44,863 nucleotides of DNA, taken from Macrostomum lignano. Lineage: Eukaryota. This document shows, one piece after another, positions 36,401-44,863 of the stretch. The stretch is taken from the NCBI GenBank assembly GCA_002269645.1, contig NIVC01001949.1, positions 1 through 44,863 on the forward strand. Direction: 5' to 3'. The notes beneath the pieces were generated by a model. It made no database searches. It was not told where the DNA came from and saw only the letters and a program-made list of their open reading frames with translations. The position numbers and the translations under genes are program-made. Within the stretch, counting starts at the first letter, position 1. Each line of letters starts with the position of its first letter.

Positions 36401-36926
36401 GTTAGTATCACTGTCACTGGCACACACAAAGTACTTGTGCCACACACTCACACAGTGACATTGAATTTGAACTATTGAGTATATTGATATTTGAGTATTA
36501 AGTCTTTTAATGTAACTCTTATCTTATTCTGAAGTCTTAACTAATGTATTAAATAATAATAATATTTATTGTATATTTATTATATTTAAATTTAAATATT
36601 TATTATATTTAATATAGTATATTATATTTATTATATCTATATATTATTATATATTTAATATATTTATATATTATAATATATTTAATGTTTATCATATATT
36701 TATTATACATTTAATATATTATATTAAATTTAATATATTGATATATTTATTATATATTTAATAGTAATCCGCATATGCTAAAAGTATTAAGATTTATTAT
36801 GATTTTTTTCCAATTATTGAGCTGTCCTAAAGATCTTGTCCCGAATTCCCGAGGCCCGACCCGGGCCCGAGTCCTCATTCCCGGGCCCGACCCGGGCCCG
36901 ACTTTGGCCGTCCCGGTCGCCCCCTA
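30446..36926 (-). mobile_element. Full-length 6481-bp hAT DNA transposon
   Basis: TIR TAGGGGGCGACC / GGTCGCCCCCTA. Perfect 8-bp TSD GGTGTGAG at 30438-30445 and 36927-36934. Clustered subterminal GGCCCGACCCGGGCCCG motifs at both ends. Inverted TCGGGACAAG(A)TCTTT about 100 bp inside each end. Contains a transposase ORF. Confidence 0.95.
32543..34705 (-). CDS. hAT transposase, 720 aa (BED zinc finger, DDE catalytic domain, C-terminal dimerisation domain; ZBED1/4/Ac-like)
   Basis: SAVWKHY..AQCKICK..STSGLKRHLARVH (BED finger); TSDIWS, VTDHAANM, CAAHKLNL, DVSTRWNSTLHML and PATSVASERLFS are hAT motifs. ORF uninterrupted. Confidence 0.96.
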   Translation of the reverse strand: MASSAVWKHYEKIEVLGEQKAQCKICKQVYAVKYSSTSGLKRHLARVHKIEIREEEEVNLQLQVQVQRQRQQSIVSYYDSYATAGAGTSASTTMTIDNSATASAITMTTTAVPSSQQVQRTIEDCYPKPKWPANHKRSLIFYQLITEMIATDQQPFKFVQGPGFQRLLAEAIPSYQIKTEKFYRTRLPGMYDGVAAAIRLILAKVDDAAVTSDIWSEKRKSIISLTVHAISADMTNFSTVLAATILDENHTAAFLSQKLRELLHEWDLENKTIAAVTDHAANMRRAVLDLSLDQQVEHFGCAAHKLNLIVQAALDYDEYIKELLNTCRQMVHHFHRSSPACTRFEEIQKNLYLSASATAEPEAETFDLEREDSDSKRQIKALILDVSTRWNSTLHMLQRILELKRAIGIYSTEAANFTSLRPDEFQCCECIIELLSVFDDATLMVSKADSSVSLMIPLGSLLQNSLARVTPVRAGMSAKARRSIENIQMILSNEIDRRFEFDLDGGNCNTTFLMVATALDPLFQLDWFPDKSSAAEIVLQAIDHQLDKMDDALVGRARDNSDNSDNDYGDDDSAPAAAAPPPQKLLHLVHSQQRACAATTAADASSTSSSSASALRRRRKTKRSAVWKNRLASFWSSELEPLSSNPLHFWAKPEAELELLKPIVRHYCCVPATSVASERLFSIASNVFCDNRASLKPSTLEKLVFCQINLPLINYVYKFR

Positions 36927-37856
36927 GGTGTGAGAGAGAGAGAGCGCGAGCGAGCGTGCGTTCGTTCGTTCGAAAAACCAATTGCAGTAGCGCTTGAAAA
37001 ACATGCAAATAAATAGATAGCAAAAACAAACAATAACAGGGGCGAAAGTTGGACTGGCAGCTGGGCAGCGGGTTGGGCAAAAGGGTGGGCACACGGTTGG
37101 GCAAAGGCGGTAACGCAGAAAATAAACCGGAAAGAAAAACAACAAGAGTGGGGAAACATTGCTTCAAAGGTGGGACAGATGGGAGGAACAAAATTGGGAA
37201 CGAGAGGACAACCTGTGAAAAAAATGACGAAATATCAACCGTTGACAAAATTACGCAAAAATTCCGGGTGTTGGGGCACATGATTAAATTCCAAAAATAG
37301 TAAATTGAACGAAAATAATTCCTATACCAAAGTGGCAATCCGACTGCCACACATTACTGTTGTTTACGGAAAGTGGGGGAAAGAGACTCCGTGCACTTAG
37401 AGGACAAGTGAGTTCGCATCTCCTCATCCAATGGCAGCTGACCAATGCTTCGACGGCAGACTATTGAAAAAAGAGCTCGTCCCGTTTAGTTTAACAAAAT
37501 AAAACATTTTCATTGCTCTTATTTTTGTATTTTCCTAATTCCTTTCGAATAAAATAATACATGCTGTAACGTGGCGTAAAATTAGCAATTCAATTTTTGC
37601 TTTTATTGTTTATTTTTTGTTGTTATAGCAACCGTAAAATTCATCTTTCTGTAGGTATTGGGGGCAAAAAGGCAAAACAGAACTGTAACAACGATAACAA
37701 ATGAAAATAATTAAAGTATAACTACTTTTTACAGACTCAGACCTTTGCAAATTTATAAATAATTTACAAACCTTTGATGCAGAATGCAATGCAGTGTACC
37801 ATATGCAAGGAACTTTGAGGGAAAATCTTTCAGAAAAATTTCGATGACCAGCAGAT

Positions 37857-38039
37857 CAGGCGCGTAGCCAGGATTCACGTCAGTCGTCAGGGGGCAGCCG
37901 ATAGGACAGAGACATGAATTCAACTGCAATGTTACCGATGGAAGCTAAAAACAAAAGGCAATGAAAAAATCCCCCTTCCAGGGGGGGGGGGCATGTCCCA
38001 AGTGGCAAGTGTTCGTGTCCCCATTTGGCTACGCCCCAG
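37857..38039. mobile_element. 183-bp hAT-type MITE (same TIR class as 9806-9956, different interior)
   Basis: CAGGCGCGTAGCCA ... TGGCTACGCCCCAG. Flanks share AGCAGA (degenerate TSD). Confidence 0.65.
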
Positions 38040-38094
38040 AGCAGAATTATATCAGGACGCTAATACATACATGCGTACCTTCGATACAGATAAA

Positions 38095-38404
38095 GGGGTC
38101 GCTTCACAAGCTTGAAATTTCACGTCCTCGAAAACTTTAGCAAGTGACTTCATAAGCTCAAAATTTCACCAGCTCGAACTTTCACAACCTCGAAAATGTA
38201 CCGTATTTGTATTTTTTACACTAGCTTTCGAGCTTATGAAGTCGCCTGCTAAAATTTTCGAGGATATGAAACTTTGAGCTTATGAAGTTTCGGGTTTGTG
38301 AAAGTGGTTGCTACGACGTAAAATGGTTTTCGAGGTTGTGAAATTTCGAGTTTATGAAAATAACTGGTTTCGATGTGAAATTTCGAGCTTGTGAAAGCAA
38401 CCCA
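38095..38404. mobile_element. ~310-bp foldback-like MITE built from AAATTTCACAAGCTCG-type subrepeats
   Basis: GGGGTCGCTTCACAAGCTTGAAATTTCAC at the left end, its near reverse complement at the right end. Subrepeats switch orientation near 38210. Confidence 0.6.
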
Positions 38405-38655
38405 CGATACATTGATCTGTGAATACAATCAATACATTAAATAAAAACAGTCAAATTCAGAGATCCTGTAATTGTTTTGGAGGCTGATTTCCGTGAAAAT
38501 ACACTGGAGAATATATCATTAACAAAATATATTACCCAAAGCATTTCATTCTGCAGGATGAAGACTACCATTATTTTAATATAGCGTGCACAACATGTTA
38601 CTCTACTTTATTTTATATGCTAATAGTTGCGCGTTAATAAGTTTCATCATCCTAG
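38320..38655 (-). repeat. Inverted copy of 18470-18806, cut off by the LTR insertion
   Basis: Similarity stops exactly at CCTAG|TGTCACG. Confidence 0.92.
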
Positions 38656-39485
38656 TGTCACGTTATTGACGTAGCGGCTAGCTATGCGATGACCCTTAAA
38701 AGGGCCGTTTTAGTCCCAAAATAAGTTGAAGTCAATTCTTGTAAAGCGGATTTGTAGCGGAGCACTTGGCGATAAAGGCAGGGACTGCCGTAGTTGGTTT
38801 TATTGGTAGTATCAATATTAGGCTTGGTTAGAATTTATGTCAATAAACAAACTATAGCTTTCTGGGCACTGGCGGCTGCAACAATGGTTTCTTTGAAGAT
38901 AAATTGGATAGTCAGGTGACAGACGACGGTGCAATGGCGATGTAACGTGATGAGCAATGGCAATGAGCACAGTGAAGGCAGTGAGACGCAGTAGGCAGGC
39001 AGATGAGCAGTGGCGAGGTTGGCGTCAACCGTGGCGTGAGGTAAGGAGGCTCGAGGCAGCCAGACAGAGAGAAGGAAAACAAGGCTAGACAAGGCTAGGC
39101 AAGCCAGACGGGACGGAGGACAAGCCTAAGGAGAGAGAACACAGAACACAAGAACAGGGACGAGTGAAACCCCCCAGCCCGCCAGGCGAGGGTTAATAAA
39201 GAAGCGCAAAAGGGGGGGGGGTAGCGTAAGCACGAATGATTTTCATCGGCTGGCGAGAGAACTTAAAATTATCGATCGTGCCAATTTTATACGGTCGCGA
39301 GAGAGGATAGCAAAATATACAGTGAATTAGAAATTGACACAAAATCGTTGGGCACTACTACAAGTAAACGTCGCAATAAACAAATGGAAAAGTTAAGTTG
39401 AAACGGTGAACTGAAGGGTTGAAACTATGGAGAAACAGCAGTCCAACGGCCTTTTTCGGGACCACCTTAAACTGACAACGTCACA
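38656..39485 (-). mobile_element. 3' LTR (830 bp) of the Gypsy element
   Basis: On the minus strand it begins TGTGACG right after a PPT and ends CGTGACA. It contains TATAAAA (39291-39285) and AATAAA (~38803-38798). The partner LTR lies outside the window. Confidence 0.75.
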
Positions 39486-39499
39486 CCCGCCTCCCTTCC
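39486..39499 (-). other. Polypurine tract (GGAAGGGAGGCGGG)
   Basis: All purine but one base, directly abutting the TG of the LTR. Confidence 0.75.
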
Positions 39500-39974
39500 G
39501 AAAAAGGATAGGGTCGCGCAAAAAGAAAACCAACACGCGGGGTGACGGCAAGAAAAACACAACGTGACCGCAGCGTATGAAATTATAGCAGAGCGAATTA
39601 CAGGGAGCTTGAGTAGTATGTAGGAGTATATGATTACCGGACAAAATTACAAAGTTCCCAAGGCTACAGACCATTACGGGAGCAGAACATTACAGGGCAG
39701 TAGAACGCGGTGAGCACGAGCAATACAACATGGTGGTGTTACAAATACAGAACAAAAATATGACAGTGGTTACGGAAAGTAGTGCACGGCGGAGCGCGCG
39801 GCGCGCGCGAACATAAAAACGACAAAGGACGCGCAGAAGTGATACGATGGATGAGGCAAACACAGAGCAAGGATGACAAGATGGATAAGGCAAAGGATGC
39901 AGAGCAGGGGCACGAAACAGAGACACAGTCCGGACAACTGCGGGCAAACGACGACAAGCGTCAGGGGCGGCGGG

Positions 39975-40380
39975 ACACGGCGCGGCGCGCCAAGGCGGAA
40001 GAAAACCGGCGCAGGATTGCCCAAGGCGGAGACACGGCGCAGCGCGCCAGGGCAGAGACGGCGCAGCGCGCCAAGGCGGGAGACGGCGCAGCGCGCCAAG
40101 GCAGGAGAACGGCGCGGCGCGCCAGGCGGAGAACGGCGCAGCGCGCCAAGGCGGGAGACGGCGCAGCGCGCCAAGGCAGGAGAACGGCGCGGCGCGCCAG
40201 GCGGAGAACGGCGCAACGCGCCAAGGCAAAGAACGGCGCAGGAGCGCCCAAGGCAGAAGACGGCGCAACGCGCCAGGCGGAGAACGGCGCAGCGCGCCAA
40301 GGCGGGAAACGGCGCCACGCGCCAGACAGAGAACGGCGCCACGCGCCAAAGGCAGAGGATGGCGCTACGCGCCAGAGGCA
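39975..40380. repeat. GC-rich 24-26-bp tandem repeat (ACGGCGCAGCGCGCCAAGGC...) inside the retrotransposon 3' region
   Basis: Seen directly. A 26+24+25 = 75-bp triad is repeated. Confidence 0.9.
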
Positions 40381-41081
40381 GAGAGAGCGTGCGTGCGGTG
40401 TGTGTGTGTAGTGCTTACTTTTACCCCACAAATATTATCTAATAGCTATATTATGAAATTTGCGAAATTTGGTGACGAGCTACAGCTCATTTTCGACAAC
40501 AGCGAAAGCGATGCTGCACTCGTCAATGGGCTGAGCAGCGAACTAAGCTAGCTATATTCCTATATATGCATTTTTTTCGAGTTTTCAATGGTTGTTTTTT
40601 CAGTTTTTATTTTCTTTTTGAGTTATTATGAGTTTTACTAGTCGCCAGTTGTTATGCTTTAATTACCAACCGTCTATTGCACATTACATGGTTTTAGGGT
40701 GCTGACGTCAGAGATGACGCACTTATTCATTTCATAGACTTTGGTAATACCGAACGGATGCAATAGGATTATTCTAAGCTATCAATTATTTTAATTATTT
40801 TTGCCATTGCTATAATGTTTATACTATCCTTGCTCTTACTATTTAAATAATATTCATATTGTCGTCATATTAGGCTTACAGGGGCATACGCGCCCTTGTG
40901 TACTTTATAGACTATGGCAATGACGATGCAGGCGGAGAACTACTGCAATATATTTTTGACAACTATTATACTTATAATATTCATCTCATAATCATATTTC
41001 GACCAATATATGCATTATTTTATGCCATATTTATGCATTAATTTTTTAGTTTACTAGTCTGTGGCTGGCAGATGCCGCAGG

Positions 41082-41213
41082 GACCTGTGGCCGGCAGGTG
41101 CCACAGGAGGTAGTTTTACGCCTTGCCCGGGGACTGAGCTTGCGGTCTACAGGCGCCGCAGTGACCTGTGGCCGGCAGGTGCCATAGGAGGTAGTTTTAC
41201 GCCTTGCCCGGGG
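41082..41213. repeat. 51-bp direct repeat (41082-41132 and 41163-41213) just downstream of pol
   Basis: GACCTGTGGCCGGCAGGTGCCAYAGGAGGTAGTTTTACGCCTTGCCCGGGG occurs twice. Confidence 0.9.
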
Positions 41214-41229
41214 CGTGAAAAACTGGCGG

Positions 41230-44200
41230 TTAGTGTCTGCTTCCCCACTGCTGGAGCAGGTCGGACACTTGACAGGTCCGGTACCTGACAGGCGGGCGGA
41301 TGGGGCGTCCGTACCTGGATCTGGGTACGTCAGCCGGGGCTGGTGGCTCAGCTGCTTGCGCAGCGACTGGATTCGCAGCAATCTCAGGTGGTTCTAATTG
41401 CTCGGAGGAAGGGTCCCCAAGGAAGCCGTGTACAGCGATTCTGAGCTGTCTTGGCTATGGCTGGTGTCAGTGTCTGTGCTGTCAGTGTCAGTGTCTGGCT
41501 GTGGCTGTCCCTCAATGGCTACAGCATCGCCAGCTTCGGCGAATGGTTGGCCTTCTCCAGCTGCAGCTCCCGCCCCCTCCTCAAAGGCGCCTGAAGCTGG
41601 CGGTGGTGGATTTGGCCCTGGTGCTCTGCGTGGGCTCTCTGGCCGGGCAGAGGGAGGCTGGGGAATGGTGACGAGGCTAAGCTCGCTCGTGGGTCCGCTG
41701 GGCGGGTTCACACTAGGCGCTGGAGACCTGGCATGGGTGGCCTCACCATACCGGTCAACTACGTCTTGGTAAGTGGGCTGTCTAATACACGGTTTGAGAC
41801 GGTCAATGTTGTAAATGTTATGGCGCGGATTTGGCACCCGATCTGCTGGGTTTAGGAGACCACACTCGGGGACTAAACGGTAAGTCCGCTCGGAGCAGCG
41901 CTGCACTACTCGGTATGGCCCCAACCACACAGCGGGTTCTATGCCCTTGTGATTCGGGTTCAAGACCCAGACTAATTCTCCCTCGTGGAACTCAGCGCGG
42001 AGGGCGCGGCGGTCGTAATACCTTTTCTGCCTTTCCTGGGCTTTACCCCTAGTGCGGCGGGCTAGGGCAGAGGCTTCGACTAGCGTGCGGTGCAACTGGT
42101 GGGCGTACTTTTCCGGCTGGTAGTGCTCATTTGGCGGTGGATTGTGACAGAGGTCGAGCGGCAGTTCGAACTCACGCCCGAAGAAAAGTTTGGCTGGAGT
42201 AAATCCGGTGGATTCGGCGACTGTGGCACGGATTGACATGGCGGCCAGGCGGCTGGCAAGGGGCCAGTCGCATTGTCTCTCAAGACAGATGGCTCTAATC
42301 TGGGTTTTCACCGTCTGGATCATCCTCTCAGCTTTACCGTTAGCCTGAGGGCGACGGGCTGTGATCCGACCCATGTCAATCTGTAGGAGCCTAGTTAATT
42401 CTATCATGGTACTATTGATGAAGGCAGTTCCGTTATCAGACACCAACTGCTCCATCACCCCATACCTGACAACCCATTCAGTCAGGATGGTTGTGGCAGT
42501 GGTCTCCGCGCTGACGTCGGAAACAGGAACTACTTCGTTAAACCCGGTGAACCTGTCAATCATAACCAGCAGGTACTTGTACCCCTCACACTCTTCGAAT
42601 GGGCCTGCGTGGTCCACGTGGACAACCTGGTTCGGGTAACCGGACAGTTCTGGTTGCATAGGGGCCTTGAGCTTACGCTTTGACTTCTTAGTCTTAGCGC
42701 AAACGGTGCATTCGGCCAGGACCCCCTTGACTATAGTATCTAAGTCGGAAATAACGAAGCGCGCCTTCAGGGCGGCCATCGTCTTGGTGATACCGCAATG
42801 GTTCAACTGGCCATGATACTGAAGGACCAGATGACTGACGTCTGCGGTCTCAGGCACCACCAGGCGCCTGTTGGCAGTCTTGGCTTTGGAAGATTTGGCT
42901 AAGTACAATAGACCCTCGACTACTTCAAGGTCCTTGAATTGAGCCAGAGTGCACGCATTTCCCGACTACAACCCTGCAGTTCGGCCTTGGACAATGGCTC
43001 AGCCTTACCCTGGACACTGGCGATTAGGCGCGCCATGTCAACACAGGAGTCCTGGGCATTCTGGGCCCAGATGAGCTCAGGTGGCACTTGGGATTCGGTT
43101 TCAGGTTCACGGGATTCAGTCTCTGGACTAGGAACAGCACCGCTAGCAGTAGCACGAACATTCGGCGTTGGTTCAGCCGGGGCATCTGTGTCAGTCTGAC
43201 ACGCTACGCTAATGCCTATGGTCTGGACGCACACCTGACGCAGTTCCCTAGAGGGGGGTGTGCGCCGGTGCTTTGGGTCTTGGACCAGGAATTTCCCCTT
43301 AAATTCTGGAATCTGGCTGCACGTCGGGCAGTCGAAGTGATCGGATCTGAATTTTGGCAGTCTACTAAGAGCGTCAGCGGGCACGTGGTCAACGCCTGGA
43401 CGGTACTGGACTGTGAAATCGTATTCGGCTATTCGTTCTAGAGTGGACTGCTGGACCTTCAGCGGGTACAGTTCAATGGTGGCAAGCCATTGGGCCAGCA
43501 TACCAGTGGCATGCTTCTTAGAATGCAGCCATTTGAGCGCGGCCGCGTCCACCCGGACAGTGAAAGGCTTGTCTAATAGATAAGGACGGAAATGCTCGAG
43601 CATCAGAACGAGCCGTAGCAACTCCCTCATGGTGGCGCAGTAGTTTCTCTGGCTACTGTTGAATTTTTTGGATGCGTAAGCTATGACTTGCTCTTGGCCA
43701 TCTGGCCCGAGCTGGTACAGCACACCCCAGTGCCGTCAAGCGAGCTATCGCAGTCCAAAATAAATTCGCGCCCCTTGGCAGAGAGGTCTGGATACGCCAG
43801 AATCGGTGGTGAACAGAGGCTATGTTTGAGTTCTTGGAAAGCCCGTTCATGATGCGGTTGCCATAGAAACGGAGCATCCTTTTTGGCTAAGGCATACAAA
43901 GGCGTGGCGATGATTGAGAATCGCGGCACGAATTTTCGGTAGTAATTCGCGAATCCCAAGATGGATAAGAGCTGTTTCTTAGAAAGCGGTTTAGGCCACT
44001 CTTGGACAGCCTGGGTTTTCGCTGGGTCAGCCTCAATGCCCCGGCTAGACACAACGAACCCCAGGAAGGCAACCTTGTCCTTGAACAACTCACACTTAGA
44101 CGGCTTAATTTTGAGACCGGCTTTCCTAAGATGCCAGAGGACCAGCGCGAGATGCGCGATCATTTGGTCATTGTTGACAGCCTTAATGATGATGTCATCT

Positions 44201-44863
44201 AGATAGATGAGGCTGACCTTCATCAGGAGAGGCCTAAACACTTTGTGCATTAGTTTCGCGAAATTGGCAGGCGCTGTCTTGATCCCAAATGATACTACCT
44301 TCCAGCGGAAAGTGCCCTGGGGGCAGGCAAAGGCGGTGTAGTCCCTAGCCTCCTCTTGAATCCCTACCTGCCAGTACGCAGAGGTCAGATCTAGACTAGA
44401 GAATACAGTGGCCCAGCAAGGCTGTCAAAAGATTCTTCGATGAGTGGCAGGGGGAAGCTACACGGCTTGATGAGCTTATTGACGGCCCTATAGTCTATAC
44501 ACAAGCGTTGAGTGCCGTCCTTCTTCTTGACTAGAACGATAGGTGACACCCAGTCGGAGTCGCATTCCTCGATGACCCCTTGTTCGAGCATCTGCGCTAT
44601 GTTCTGATCTAGGAAATCCTTTTGGGCTGGCGTAGTGCGCCTGTATGGTTGCGCAACAGGCTTGGCCTTGGGATCTATTAATTCTATGCCATCTCGTGTA
44701 ATGTGGTATGGCCTAAATCTGCGTTTGATCTAGAAATTTGGCTATTGAAGTAGTTGAGCAGTTTCAATACGGTGGCGAGTTGGCCCCTAGACAATTTGGC
44801 TTGGTCGAGTTGGAACTGCGTTGTCAGCCATTTGGCTAACTCCCTACTAGGCGGCGGCAGTTT
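41230..44863 (-). CDS. Ty3/Gypsy pol (RT, RNase H, integrase), starts outside window, broken by several 1-nt frameshifts
   Basis: RT: WVSPIVLVKKKDGTQRLCIDYR, LDLTSAYWQ, YLDD. RNase H: DCDSS, AYASK, ELL, VDAAAL, DALSR. Integrase: H-H-C-C finger, HVDHAGP, SDNGTAF, NGKAER; a shifted frame ends RSRYGRPIRPPVRY...stop at 41230. RT-RH-IN order is diagnostic of Ty3/Gypsy. Confidence 0.95.

Larger units (their letters stand above)
38656..44863 (-). mobile_element. Ty3/Gypsy LTR retrotransposon (3' part)
   Basis: pol, PPT and LTR in the expected order and orientation. Confidence 0.9.

Noticed and set aside
39690-40442. Overlapping Arg/Ala-rich ORFs as an env gene
   Set aside because: No signal peptide, cleavage site or TM pattern; open frames follow from the GC-rich repeat composition.

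Overview
Eukaryotic (animal) genomic DNA, very rich in minisatellites and transposons. The style resembles a flatworm such as Macrostomum, but that is inference only. (1) 1-10747 (+): the 3' part of a spliced protocadherin-like gene. Six exons are visible, encoding one partial and five complete cadherin repeats, a TM helix and a tail ending in -SYV. Four single-base frameshifts interrupt it. Every intron carries a tandem array; introns 2 and 3 each have two arrays at opposite ends that are mutually complementary. (2) ~10.8-20 kb: repeats, a 692-bp non-autonomous DNA transposon (21-bp TIR, 8-bp TSD) and a degenerate tRNA-like sequence. (3) ~20-28 kb (-): exons of an unidentified spliced gene; the best-supported are 28178-28128 and 27327-26372. 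(4) 30446-36926: an apparently complete 6.5-kb hAT transposon with 12-bp TIRs, a perfect 8-bp TSD and an intact 720-aa BED-finger DDE transposase. (5) 37.8-38.7 kb: small MITEs and an inverted copy of 18470-18806. (6) 38656 to window end (-): a Ty3/Gypsy retrotransposon with RT-RNaseH-integrase broken by single-base frameshifts, a 1.7-kb extra 3' region, a PPT and an 830-bp 3' LTR. No CRISPR, rRNA or prokaryotic features were found.
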